Shown: piece by piece, positions 28,932 to 38,802 of the stretch
Numbering within the stretch: the stretch's first letter is position 1
Layout of the letters: every line of letters begins with the position of its first letter
Source of the DNA: a virus
IMG/VR virus record: IMGVR_UViG_3300025087_000054
Span: 10,894 to 74,893 of that record
DNA length: 64,000 nt
Direction: 5' to 3' (one strand)
Translations under genes and position numbers: made by a program
Notes under the pieces: generated by a model
The model's database searches: none
Told to the model about the DNA's origin: nothing
Seen by the model: only the letters and a program-made list of their open reading frames with translations

Positions 28932-30761
28932 ATGGATTTTGACTCATTTTTATCGGATTTATATTACAAATCGTCTGAGGATACGCCCGAAGATATTGTT
29001 CAATATAAACAAACTATTACTAGTATTGGTAATAGGATTGAAAAATTGGCAGAAACAACATTAGACACTAAGATAATATTAGAGCCAGTGCCTTTATCAT
29101 CAGAGGATAAAGATATTTGGAAATGTATTAAGGACGGAGATGCTTTTAAATTATCTGTAGTAGTTAAAGATATAATAAACAAACCAGAGAGATGGTCTAT
29201 AGCTGATGCACTTAACGCAATAGCGTACGGTAAATACGTAGATGAGGCTGAATTTGTTAGTGTACCGTTTCCGATTGATGCTACGCCAGAGTATCATCAA
29301 TTAATTAATATGATTAATACAATAAGAATAGAGTCGCAATTAATGCAATATTATCCAGGTACAAAAGATAATTTTAGCTATAAATGGCTGAAACAAAATG
29401 CTCAAATATCAGCTAAAGAGGAGGCTAAATTAACAAAACCAGTTCAGTTTATATATGCACTATACACAGGATTTTGGGGTGGTGAGATGCCTACGATAGA
29501 CGAAAAAGTATTAGATGCCCTTGAAAATTTGGAGGAATCATTATTTGAGGCATATAATACCGAAAGTATTAGGGACATGTTATCGGTATTAAATAAAAAT
29601 ATCTGGCCTGTATTTAAAAAATTAGTAGATGAGCATGAGCAGGAACAGGGCAAAAAGGGCACTAAAGATGAGTATCAGCAGTTATTTAATAATAACACAT
29701 CACTATCGGAATTGATGTCCAAAATGGCGGAAAATAGTGGTGAAAAAGATAGCGAAAATGAGACTAAAGTCTTTGAAAAACCAAAAGACGAAAAATCTAA
29801 TTTTGGGATGGATGTTGAAACACATTTTGATAAAATTGAGGCTAGTAATATAGATAAAAATAATAGCCAAAGTAATGGCACATCAGTTCAATATGGTCAA
29901 GACGATCCTGTACTAGGTACAAATTGTTGCTTTCACGATGAGCCAAAATTGGCTAAAGAGGATTATTTAACCTATGAGACGATGTATAACGAAATACGCC
30001 CATTGATACCTTTTTTCAAAAAAAAGCTGTCCAGCATAATGAAAGATAACAATTATAATAGATTAGGTGGTTCACACAGGTCAGGTAAACTAGATAACAA
30101 AAAATTATATAAAGTCGGAGTTAATAATCCAAGGATTTTTAACAAAAAAATAATGAGACAGCATAAAGATTATGTAGTTAGTTTAGTGGTAGATGAATCA
30201 GGGAGTATGAGTAGTTCACAAAAAAATAGACATGCCGCTAAAGCAACAATACTTTTTGCCGAGGTGCTTAATGCGGTAGGTATACCCTTTGAGATACGAG
30301 GATTTAACGCAACGTTAAGACAATATAAAAAAATCGCTGAAAAATTTACGCATAAACATCGAAGGCAACTTGAGCGTATTATACTTGAATCGCATGGATA
30401 CGATGCTGGTTGCAATAATGATGGATTTGCGTTATGGTCGTCATCGCACACATTAAGACATTATGGTACTCGCAATACAGAACGAATTATAATAATGGTA
30501 TCCGATGGATTGCCAGCACCAAATTGTAATAATATACCAATTAATTATAAAAGTTTAGTGCCAAAAGGTAAGATAACATATAGGGATTTTGATTTAAAAC
30601 ACGAGATAGTTGAGGCGAGTAAAGATGCTGTAGTAATAGGAGTCGGTGTAAATGCACACCATGTTTCAGATTTTTATCCTCAAAATGTAGTTGTTGAGGA
30701 TGTAAAATGGCTACCAGTACAATTATTGAATAAATTACGAAAAAATATTAAACGTGGTTAA
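28932..30761 (+). CDS. vWA-domain protein (CobT/NorD-like partner)
   Basis: SGKLD, VDESGSM MIDAS, NNDG, MVSDGLP, IGVGV. Confidence 0.9.
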   Translation: MDFDSFLSDLYYKSSEDTPEDIVQYKQTITSIGNRIEKLAETTLDTKIILEPVPLSSEDKDIWKCIKDGDAFKLSVVVKDIINKPERWSIADALNAIAYGKYVDEAEFVSVPFPIDATPEYHQLINMINTIRIESQLMQYYPGTKDNFSYKWLKQNAQISAKEEAKLTKPVQFIYALYTGFWGGEMPTIDEKVLDALENLEESLFEAYNTESIRDMLSVLNKNIWPVFKKLVDEHEQEQGKKGTKDEYQQLFNNNTSLSELMSKMAENSGEKDSENETKVFEKPKDEKSNFGMDVETHFDKIEASNIDKNNSQSNGTSVQYGQDDPVLGTNCCFHDEPKLAKEDYLTYETMYNEIRPLIPFFKKKLSSIMKDNNYNRLGGSHRSGKLDNKKLYKVGVNNPRIFNKKIMRQHKDYVVSLVVDESGSMSSSQKNRHAAKATILFAEVLNAVGIPFEIRGFNATLRQYKKIAEKFTHKHRRQLERIILESHGYDAGCNNDGFALWSSSHTLRHYGTRNTERIIIMVSDGLPAPNCNNIPINYKSLVPKGKITYRDFDLKHEIVEASKDAVVIGVGVNAHHVSDFYPQNVVVEDVKWLPVQLLNKLRKNIKRG

Positions 30762-30763
30762 TT

Positions 30764-31024
30764 ATGGAATATAAAACTAAAAATCTACATTTTGCTACTT
30801 ACTTATGTGCTTCGGGAGTAGTGCTTAAAAATATTGAGCTTGCCGAACATCCAGATACTGAGGTGGTTACATTTGTTTTAGATATACCTATAAGTATAGA
30901 TATTAAATATTTGGAGGCGGAATGGGATAAACCAAGTACGGATAGTGTACGTAAATTATTAAGACAGTATAAAACTTTAAAATGGGAGTTGTTTAAATTT
31001 AATAAAAATTATGTCAAAAACTAA
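30764..31024 (+). CDS. Hypothetical protein (DUF5659-like)
   Basis: YKTKNLHFATYL N-terminus. Confidence 0.55.
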   Translation: MEYKTKNLHFATYLCASGVVLKNIELAEHPDTEVVTFVLDIPISIDIKYLEAEWDKPSTDSVRKLLRQYKTLKWELFKFNKNYVKN

Positions 31025-31790
31025 GACAAAATATATATCCGCCAGTCAAATAGGTACATTTTTAACCTGCCCATTGGCATATAAATATATTTACGTTGAC
31101 GGAGCAAAACGTATGCCACCAAATCCATATACGGTTTTTGGGTCCGCTATACATTCGGCTCTGGAGTACAATTTTGAACAAAAGATTAAATCAAAAACCG
31201 ATTTAGATACTATGTCTATTATTAATAAGTTTCAAACTGAATTTGAAAATGGCTTAAAAACAGTATCAAGGCAATGGATGCGATACTCAAGCACGCTTAA
31301 TCTACAAGGCGAGGATATGATAAGTAAGTATATGGCTGATATAGCACCTGATATTATACCTATAGCAACAGAACAAAAATTTGAGATCGAATTAAAATCA
31401 ATAGGTGTAACTATATTAGGATATATAGATTTAATAACTGAGGACGGCACAATATATGATTATAAAACTTTAGGCGAAAGTAGTTATCGTAAATGGACAC
31501 AGGAATATTTAGATAATAACATTCAGTTTACATTGTATGCTTTGGCATATCGTAAACTTATGGACAAACCAGAACAAAGATTGGGCGTACAGTTATTAAA
31601 AAGACTCAAAGGTGGGCCAAGTTTTGATATAATGTATACACAACGAGATGAGCAAAATATTATTGCAATAGTACAATTATTAGCACGAATGGATCAGATC
31701 ATAAAAAATGATTTATGGTACCCGAATTTACTCAGTTGTACTGCATGTGATTTTAAAACTAGTTGCAATAGACAATGTTTTTTCAAATAA
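31011..31790 (+). CDS. PD-(D/E)XK exonuclease (RecB/AddB/Cas4-like)
   Basis: SASQI..CP, GSAIH, GYIDL, DYKT, QFTLY, C-terminal CxxCx5C. Confidence 0.88.
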   Translation: MSKTKTKYISASQIGTFLTCPLAYKYIYVDGAKRMPPNPYTVFGSAIHSALEYNFEQKIKSKTDLDTMSIINKFQTEFENGLKTVSRQWMRYSSTLNLQGEDMISKYMADIAPDIIPIATEQKFEIELKSIGVTILGYIDLITEDGTIYDYKTLGESSYRKWTQEYLDNNIQFTLYALAYRKLMDKPEQRLGVQLLKRLKGGPSFDIMYTQRDEQNIIAIVQLLARMDQIIKNDLWYPNLLSCTACDFKTSCNRQCFFK

Positions 31791-31817
31791 ATTTTTTATT
31801 TACTAACTTTTACTTTT

Positions 31818-32600
31818 ATGGATATGGCCATAATGCAGGTGGACGACACACAAGTCCAAATCACTCCCGAATTTGCTAATGCAGTGCAGGAGTATAAACT
31901 TAAAAAAGACGAGGTTATGCAGGACTTTATTGTCGGCGTAGCTGAGTTAGGTTCAATTTTAGCAAAACACCGACAAGTTATGAAACAAGAACGTAATTGG
32001 TTGGATTATTGTTCAGCTATTGGGTTAAGTGTAGCGTCAGCAAATCAACAAATAAGATTATTTGAATATAAAAAGGAACTATCAGATCAAAAAGCAAAAG
32101 CTTTAACGACAGTTATTACTAATTGGTCAAAATTAAATGCTTTTTTAACGTTACCAAATCCAAGTAAGGACGAATTATTGGAGGATGAGGCACTTACCGA
32201 GGATACAAGTAATCAGGATTTTAGGGATAAGGTAGTATCAGTCAAGCCAGTGGATGCTGTTGAGGAACTAGTAGACGAACAAAATATAGACGAGGTAGCC
32301 GAAGCCGATCCTGAGGATGAACAGATAATGTTTGACGCTTTAAAACACATGATGGATTCAGATTTACAGGACGAAAATATTTTATTAGATAACCCAAAAG
32401 AGACTGCGAAAAAAATACAGACTGAATATAAAATGGGGGTACACTTACGCGGGTATTTTGAAGGGATAATACATGTACAAAAAGGCTTAACGTTACTCAA
32501 TGACACTACAAAATTAAATAGACTAGATAGATCAAGATTAATGCCTTTATTACAAGAACAACTTGATTTATTGAACAAACTTATTGCACAATATAAGTAG
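31818..32600 (+). CDS. Hypothetical protein
   Basis: 260 aa ORF, acidic middle region. Confidence 0.65.
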   Translation: MDMAIMQVDDTQVQITPEFANAVQEYKLKKDEVMQDFIVGVAELGSILAKHRQVMKQERNWLDYCSAIGLSVASANQQIRLFEYKKELSDQKAKALTTVITNWSKLNAFLTLPNPSKDELLEDEALTEDTSNQDFRDKVVSVKPVDAVEELVDEQNIDEVAEADPEDEQIMFDALKHMMDSDLQDENILLDNPKETAKKIQTEYKMGVHLRGYFEGIIHVQKGLTLLNDTTKLNRLDRSRLMPLLQEQLDLLNKLIAQYK

Positions 32601-32631
32601 TCAATATTAAAATATTTTATAAAATATACAG

Positions 32632-33162
32632 ATGGAGGATCAGTTTACATATGATTTTAACGATCAATTACCATTAGGACAAAAGGGTGAGGAGCGAGTA
32701 TTTGCTTACTTAAATAACCTGCCTGAAACTATATCGCTACGTAATGTAGCTATGGATAAAAAGTTTCAGGCATTGGGTATAGACGGCTTTTGGGATTGGA
32801 TCAGTCCAGTAAATGAGCTTGTGTACAGTACTAGCTTTGACGTAAAAACAGATTTTTATGTTCATAAACGCGATACACTTTATCTTGAAACGCATAAAGC
32901 GGATGGAGTATTAGGCGGATTTTTAAGTACCAAGGCGGAACTTTTTTTGTATTACGATCCATATAAAGGACGGCTGATACATATACCAATAGCACGATTG
33001 CGTAATTGGTACTATAAAAAAGGTTTGGCTATGAAACATATACAACAGGCTCAAGGAGTTGGTAGGTATCATGAGGGATTAGTACTTACATTAGCACAAC
33101 TTGAGGATATTTGCTTTGAACTAAAAATACAAACCGATATAGAACCATTAAAATTTGTTTAA
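32632..33162 (+). CDS. Restriction-endonuclease-like PD-(D/E)XK protein
   Basis: GQKGE, GID, DVKTD, LYLE motifs. Confidence 0.65.
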   Translation: MEDQFTYDFNDQLPLGQKGEERVFAYLNNLPETISLRNVAMDKKFQALGIDGFWDWISPVNELVYSTSFDVKTDFYVHKRDTLYLETHKADGVLGGFLSTKAELFLYYDPYKGRLIHIPIARLRNWYYKKGLAMKHIQQAQGVGRYHEGLVLTLAQLEDICFELKIQTDIEPLKFV

Positions 33163-33166
33163 TACT

Positions 33167-33538
33167 ATGCAAAGTTTTATACAAAAATTGCCTTATTTAC
33201 CTAAGGACTTTTTTGATAGGTATCAAATTAGTAAAACACAATTAAAATTGTATGTATTAATAATCAAAACATGCAGGAATAATAAAGATTATGTTTGCCA
33301 ACTAACAAATAAACAATTAACGGATTTGTTAAATGTATCTATTAGTTCACACAAATATATAGGTAAATTAATTGCTAATTTAGTCAGCAAACAATTAATA
33401 ACTGTTACATATAAAATTATTGAGAGTGAAGGCACAGTGAGATATATAATGGAATCAGAACAAGTGTTTCAATTATGTGTATTAGCTTGGGCGAATAAGT
33501 TATTATGTAAACATAAAAATATAGATATCCAAGATTAA
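33167..33538 (+). CDS. Winged-HTH protein
   Basis: KLYVLI..LTNKQLTDLLNVS..IANLVSKQLI. Confidence 0.6.
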   Translation: MQSFIQKLPYLPKDFFDRYQISKTQLKLYVLIIKTCRNNKDYVCQLTNKQLTDLLNVSISSHKYIGKLIANLVSKQLITVTYKIIESEGTVRYIMESEQVFQLCVLAWANKLLCKHKNIDIQD

Positions 33539-33597
33539 AAAGGTTTACTTTTATATGTTACTACTATTTAATGATTAAAAATAATTAAATATCATAT

Positions 33598-33873
33598 ATG
33601 CTTATAGATAAAACACCGTTATCTTTAACTGAAACAGCTTTTTTACACTTAATTTTGGATATAGCTAAAAACCCAAAAAAATATAAACATATTTTAATAT
33701 ATCAAAAGGACGGGTGGTTTGGTTGGAAACATTCAGTTTTTGAGGCGTATTGTGGGTTATCCACATTTAAACAAAAAACGTTAATAAACCAATTAGTTAT
33801 TAATAACTATATTAAAAATAAACTAACAAATTGTTACTTAGGTCGTATAAATATATATCAAATTATAAAATAA
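33598..33873 (+). CDS. Small winged-HTH-like protein
   Basis: LSLTE..DGWF..GLSTFKQKTLINQL. Confidence 0.5.
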   Translation: MLIDKTPLSLTETAFLHLILDIAKNPKKYKHILIYQKDGWFGWKHSVFEAYCGLSTFKQKTLINQLVINNYIKNKLTNCYLGRINIYQIIK

Positions 33874-33881
33874 CAAAAAAT

Positions 33882-35072
33882 ATGACAGATTATAAAATGT
33901 TACAAGGAGTCCCATATAATATATTACCAGCTAATGTATTATTAGCTGAGGATATAACATCGTTTGAAAAATTACTGTATACTGAAATATTAGCATTATC
34001 TAATAGGGCTGGATATTGTTGGGCTGAAAATAAACATTTTGCAACGGTATTTAAGATACATATTACGAATATATCAAAGTCAATAAATAATTTAAAAGCA
34101 CATAATTATATTGCGGTTACTTTTTTACATAAAGGTATAAATAACGTACAAAGACGTATTTTTATTAATCATCAAAAATTTACTGATTGGTTAATAAATG
34201 AGAAAAAACAGCAGCATTTACAATATAGTGAGTTAGACGATTATAAATCAGCGGAAGAGTTAGGGCTAGACTCATTAGTTGAAGGGGATACGGAAAAAAT
34301 TACTCCCCCCCTTAGCGAAAACACCAAACTAGATTTTACTAGTTTGGCGAAAACACCAAACTATTACTTTAGCGAAAACACCAAACTAATAATAAATCAT
34401 ACTAACAAAGCATTAAAGTATATAAATATATTAATAAAAGGAAACGGCGACCAAAAAACTGAAAAGGAAACCGAACTGAATAATAAAATATTTTCAGTTA
34501 ATAATAATTCAGAAGAAAAGTGGGAGGATTCAGTTAAGAAAATTTTGGACAAAAAAGTTGAACTAAAAAATTGCTCAAATAGGCAGGTAGCACAAATTAT
34601 TTTATGGTACGCTAAGGAGTTGAGGGGTAAACGAATTACGAAACCGTTACCATGGATTAAGAAAATAGAAAATATATTGCAGGTGGAAAAGATAGATTTT
34701 ACTGATTTGATTGAGGCTATGTGGAGATTAGAGCATAATGCTTGGATGTCTGGTAGAGCGGATAAAAGTAGGTATAAAAAAGGTTTGCCATGGCATTGGG
34801 ATTTAGGATATATTTTTGGAAATTTTAAGACTAAATCGGCTATTGAGATAGGTCTAAATAGACCTATTGAGTATAAAGCGTCAGGTAAGGCTTTAGATGC
34901 CTATAATAAAATCAAACATTTATGTTCAGAATCATTTAACCAAATAGTTTATGACCAGCCAAATTACTCTAGCGGAGATGGACAAGTTGATAGCGACGAT
35001 GACAGACGAGAGCTTTCGGATGACGAAATTGCCTTACGACAGGCTCAGCTTAAAGAGGCGATGTTTGGATAG
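33882..35072 (+). CDS. Replication initiator (HTH_36/lambda O-like)
   Basis: EKLLYTEILALSNRAGYCWAENKHFA; internal iterons; upstream of DnaC-like gene. Confidence 0.85.
   Translation: MTDYKMLQGVPYNILPANVLLAEDITSFEKLLYTEILALSNRAGYCWAENKHFATVFKIHITNISKSINNLKAHNYIAVTFLHKGINNVQRRIFINHQKFTDWLINEKKQQHLQYSELDDYKSAEELGLDSLVEGDTEKITPPLSENTKLDFTSLAKTPNYYFSENTKLIINHTNKALKYINILIKGNGDQKTEKETELNNKIFSVNNNSEEKWEDSVKKILDKKVELKNCSNRQVAQIILWYAKELRGKRITKPLPWIKKIENILQVEKIDFTDLIEAMWRLEHNAWMSGRADKSRYKKGLPWHWDLGYIFGNFKTKSAIEIGLNRPIEYKASGKALDAYNKIKHLCSESFNQIVYDQPNYSSGDGQVDSDDDRRELSDDEIALRQAQLKEAMFG
34312..34388 (+). repeat. Three 20-bp iterons, putative replication origin
   Basis: TT(A/G)GCGAAAACACCAAACTA at 34312, 34344, 34369, followed by AT-rich tract. 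Confidence 0.8.
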
Positions 35073-35760
35073 GCTTAATTTAATATTGAATCAGTCTGTC
35101 GAGTGGTTGCCAGGATGTGAAAAGTGTGCATTGGGGCGAATTAAAAAGCCATCGGAGTTTGGCTATACCACGGAGATGTGTACGTGTTACACAGAATACG
35201 AGGCGGTTAAGGAATGGCTAAATATATTCAGTCGCAGTAATATACAAAAAGAATCCCTAAGTAGATATAGCTTAGGTAATTATAAAGGTAATGTAATTAG
35301 TGAGGCTATGTTATGGGACTTTGTGCAGGGGGTAGGTAAAAAGAAATGGTTTTATTTTTCAGGTCCAACAGGGACAGGTAAAACCTATTCAGCAATATTG
35401 TGTGCATTGATGGCAATATACCTAGGTAAGCAAGTGTATTATGCTAATGTGCCTAACTTAATGGATATGTTAAGGCCATCAGAAAAGGATGTTAGTAGGG
35501 TAATTATGCAAAAATGTATTGAGGCGGAATTTTTAGTCCTGGACGATTTAGGCCAAGAAAAAGGAAGTGAGTGGGTGTTGGAGAGACTGTATATAATCGT
35601 TAATGAGCGTTATTTAGCTCAAAGGGCTACTATCTACACCTCGAACCATAAAATCTCGTCCTTGCCCTTAAAAATAAGCCACAAGGCCATCGTATCTCGA
35701 CTGGTGGGTGATGCCCATGAGGTACAGTTTGTTGGGGAGGATAAAAGACTATTAACTTAA
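34951..35760 (+). CDS. DnaC/IstB-like helicase loader ATPase
   Basis: CxxC..CxC, GPTGTGKT, LVLDDLGQE, IVNERY, TSN, SRL. Confidence 0.9.
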   Translation: MTSQITLAEMDKLIATMTDESFRMTKLPYDRLSLKRRCLDRLNLILNQSVEWLPGCEKCALGRIKKPSEFGYTTEMCTCYTEYEAVKEWLNIFSRSNIQKESLSRYSLGNYKGNVISEAMLWDFVQGVGKKKWFYFSGPTGTGKTYSAILCALMAIYLGKQVYYANVPNLMDMLRPSEKDVSRVIMQKCIEAEFLVLDDLGQEKGSEWVLERLYIIVNERYLAQRATIYTSNHKISSLPLKISHKAIVSRLVGDAHEVQFVGEDKRLLT

Positions 35761-35772
35761 AACGCATTTTAA
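35757..35772. promoter_or_regulatory. Palindromic operator-like motif
   Basis: ttaaaacgcattttaa, identical to 20280-20295. Confidence 0.45.
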
Positions 35773-35785
35773 CTTTTTTAAAAAT

Positions 35786-37621
35786 ATGAACCAGATTGAG
35801 CAATATCTTGTGGATAAGGGGTTGGAATACCGTGCAATTAATAATCAGTTTAATGTTAAATGTCCATTTTGTTTGGACGGAAAATGGAATCATTGCTATT
35901 TGAGTGATGTTACTGGTGTGTGGTATTGTCAAAAATGTTCGGGCAAAGGATCGTTTAATGAGTTTCGTAAGTTGTTTAATGACGAACCGATTAACGTACC
36001 AGAACAGGCAACTGTAGTCCAGGAAAAGGAGTTTAAATTGATAGAGTATAAAACAGTACAAAATTATGCACAAAGTCTTTGGAGTTTTGGCGATAAAATT
36101 TTAGAATATTTGCGTGTAAAACGAGGGTTACAGGATAAAACTATTAAGCATTTTATGTTGGGTTGTGATGGGCATGATATAACGATACCGCTTATAGATT
36201 CAGAGCAGGTTGTGGTTAATGTTAGGCGTAGAAAAGACCCGTTTATGGAAACGGAAGGCCCAAGGTATTATTCAGAAAAGGGTTGTAAAGCTATTTTGTT
36301 TAATGAGCAAGTGTTAAAATACAATCCAAAAAGTATTTTTATAACGGAAGGGGAGATGGATGCCATGGTATTATGGCAGATGGGGGTTACAAATGTAGTA
36401 TCAGTAACACAAGGTGCTAATTATTTTTCAGAGCATTGGGTGGATTTGTTTAATAATGTGAGTAAAATTTATATAGTATTTGATTCTGATGTGCCAGGGC
36501 AGAAAGGGGCATTAAAAGTTGCCGCTAAGTTGGGTAAAGATAAGTGTAGATTAGTTGAGTTACCAAATAGTGAAAATGGAGAAAAATGTGATGTAACAAA
36601 TTATGTTGTAGATCAAAAACATACGAAGGAAGATTTTTTAGCTTTAGTTGATAAAGCCAGATTACCTGTTGCAGATGTAGATGCGGTTAAACACATATCA
36701 GAATATAACGAGCAATTGCTACAAAGATTGCTTACTGGCGGCTATAAGGGATTGTCTACAGGATTGGCAGAGTTGGATGCAATAATAGGCGGATATAGAT
36801 CGGGTAGATTGATTATATTATCGGGACTTACGAGCGTGGGAAAAACTACTTTTTCGGTAAATTTATCGTTACAATTATTAAGTAAGCAGTTCCCGATGCT
36901 GTTTATATCAATGGAAATGCCCCCGATAGACATATATAAAAAGTTTTTAATGTTGCGAAAAAAATTAATGGGATATGCATTAGATGGTTTGACAGAAACA
37001 TCGCCCGAGATGAAAATATTGCAGGAAGGTATTGCGGAATTTACAGGAGAGAATGCGTTGCCATTATATGTTTGCAGTAAGACAGGAGAGATAAAATTAG
37101 AATCAATACTTGATATAGCACGAGTAGCGAAAGAGAATTACGGCGTTCAGGTGGTTGTAATAGATCATCTACATTATTTTGGGCATGTTACAAATAATAG
37201 GGCATCGGAATTATCAGATGTGGTGCGAAAAATTAAAGCTATTGCTATGGAGTTGGATATTACAGTATTATTACTAGCACACTTGAATAGAGGAGGTAGA
37301 ACACAACAACGAAGAGGTATGTACGTGCCAAGTTTATCTGATTTAAAGGATACATCAGCAATAGAACAGGATGCCGATCAGGTTATATTTGTTTGTCGGG
37401 ATTCAGAGGCAACGGACGAAGACACAAAACGAAAAACAGTAGTAAAGGTTGCTAAGAATAGAGACGGTAAAACAGGGCATTTCAGTATGGATTTTGATTT
37501 AAATACTGGGGTATTATCAACAATAGCGGGAGTAGATTATTTAGAAGAAAAAAAGAGTAAATTTAATAAAGTATCTGATAGGGAAGAGGGTACTATGGAT
37601 ATGCCAATTATTAATTTTTAA
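35786..37621 (+). CDS. Primase-helicase fusion (Zn finger, TOPRIM, DnaB-like)
   Basis: CPFC/CQKC, ITEGEMD, FDSDVPG, GLTSVGKT, SMEM, IDHLH, IEQDAD, AKNR. Confidence 0.93.
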   Translation: MNQIEQYLVDKGLEYRAINNQFNVKCPFCLDGKWNHCYLSDVTGVWYCQKCSGKGSFNEFRKLFNDEPINVPEQATVVQEKEFKLIEYKTVQNYAQSLWSFGDKILEYLRVKRGLQDKTIKHFMLGCDGHDITIPLIDSEQVVVNVRRRKDPFMETEGPRYYSEKGCKAILFNEQVLKYNPKSIFITEGEMDAMVLWQMGVTNVVSVTQGANYFSEHWVDLFNNVSKIYIVFDSDVPGQKGALKVAAKLGKDKCRLVELPNSENGEKCDVTNYVVDQKHTKEDFLALVDKARLPVADVDAVKHISEYNEQLLQRLLTGGYKGLSTGLAELDAIIGGYRSGRLIILSGLTSVGKTTFSVNLSLQLLSKQFPMLFISMEMPPIDIYKKFLMLRKKLMGYALDGLTETSPEMKILQEGIAEFTGENALPLYVCSKTGEIKLESILDIARVAKENYGVQVVVIDHLHYFGHVTNNRASELSDVVRKIKAIAMELDITVLLLAHLNRGGRTQQRRGMYVPSLSDLKDTSAIEQDADQVIFVCRDSEATDEDTKRKTVVKVAKNRDGKTGHFSMDFDLNTGVLSTIAGVDYLEEKKSKFNKVSDREEGTMDMPIINF

Positions 37622-37624
37622 GCC

Positions 37625-38296
37625 ATGAGTTTATTAGTAACAAATGCTCAAGCATCTCGTTATCTTGATGACGTTATGTATAGTTATTTAGATAAGATTA
37701 GGGTTAATGAGATTAAGGTTGTTGCGTTAAATGCAAGACAAGTACGATTAATACGTAATAAAATATTGGATGATGCTAATGTACAGTATTGGTTTGAGGA
37801 TAGTAGGGGTAAAAAGTACACTATGGCGGCGTATGCAGTAGAGCGAGATTCTGTTCAGGCGGAATGTTTATATACAGGTGATTTGTTGGTGGATATAACA
37901 GAAAGTTTAAAAACAAATACATTGCTACCAATGTGGCAGTTGGCACGAGGTAACGTATCAGATTACAAGTTATTATTCAGTATACAATTGGCAATATCGA
38001 ATGAGGTACTGGTTACTATGCCAAATAATTTTTTTTCGTGTAGTAAGAAAGAAGAAAAAATAAATAAATTGTTTAAAATATTGGGTAATTATATGGGGGG
38101 ACTTGTAACAGGTTATATGGAATATGTAGTACAATATCCGCACAAATTTGTAGTACAAAGTTTGAGAGTGGGTAGCATATCGTTTGATGTTCAATTAGAT
38201 GTGCATGAGCTTATAAATAACGCTAAACGAATAATACGACACAATAGTATGAGGGTAGTAACAAGTAAAAAAACTTTACAAATACAAAAACAATAA
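37625..38296 (+). CDS. Hypothetical protein
   Basis: 223 aa ORF. Confidence 0.65.
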   Translation: MSLLVTNAQASRYLDDVMYSYLDKIRVNEIKVVALNARQVRLIRNKILDDANVQYWFEDSRGKKYTMAAYAVERDSVQAECLYTGDLLVDITESLKTNTLLPMWQLARGNVSDYKLLFSIQLAISNEVLVTMPNNFFSCSKKEEKINKLFKILGNYMGGLVTGYMEYVVQYPHKFVVQSLRVGSISFDVQLDVHELINNAKRIIRHNSMRVVTSKKTLQIQKQ

Positions 38297-38302
38297 TATA
38301 AT
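38262..38302 (+). promoter_or_regulatory. Repeated phage promoter (overlaps 3' end of upstream ORF)
   Basis: CAAGTAAAAAAACTTTACAAA; TTTACA-16-TATAAT. Confidence 0.8.
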
Positions 38303-38329
38303 TAAGTTACGATTAATTAATGTTTTAAA

Positions 38330-38527
38330 ATGGAAAAAGTAAAAGTTACAGTTACATTTGAATTAGGGGATCAAATATTACACACGGCTACGAAAGAGAT
38401 AAATGCCGATATACTTGCTTTGAAAAGGCAAAGAGTCTTTCAGTTTGAACATGATTGCGGGAAGTTTATTGGGTTGCAGATGCCTATTGTGTTTGAAGCG
38501 TTTGATAATTTATCAAAAAATGAGTAA
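38330..38527 (+). CDS. Hypothetical protein
   Basis: First ORF after promoter. Confidence 0.6.
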   Translation: MEKVKVTVTFELGDQILHTATKEINADILALKRQRVFQFEHDCGKFIGLQMPIVFEAFDNLSKNE

Positions 38528-38777
38528 TACTTGTATTAAATGTGGTCAAAATATATTGGATAAAGCTACAGTGTTTGATTTTATGTTGATTGACGATATC
38601 GGATTAAAGTTATTTGAGGTAAGTAAAGTAACTGTGCGTACGAGTCATTTGGTTACAGGTAAAGATACTGTAATATGTTGCTCATTACAATGTGCAAGGG
38701 CATATTGTTATAGTATAATAGATGATTTTTTGGGGGAGTTACGGCCACCGATAGGGCGAAAAAATATTGTAAATTAA
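38520..38777 (+). CDS. Small Cys-rich (Zn-binding) protein
   Basis: CIKC and CCSLQC; ATG 38520. Confidence 0.55.
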   Translation: MSNTCIKCGQNILDKATVFDFMLIDDIGLKLFEVSKVTVRTSHLVTGKDTVICCSLQCARAYCYSIIDDFLGELRPPIGRKNIVN

Positions 38778-38802
38778 ATTTTTATTTTTTAATTTTTATT
38801 TT

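Noticed and set aside
34312-34388. Three direct repeats as a mini-CRISPR
   Set aside because: Gaps are only 12 and 5 nt and the repeats lie inside an initiator gene, as expected for iterons
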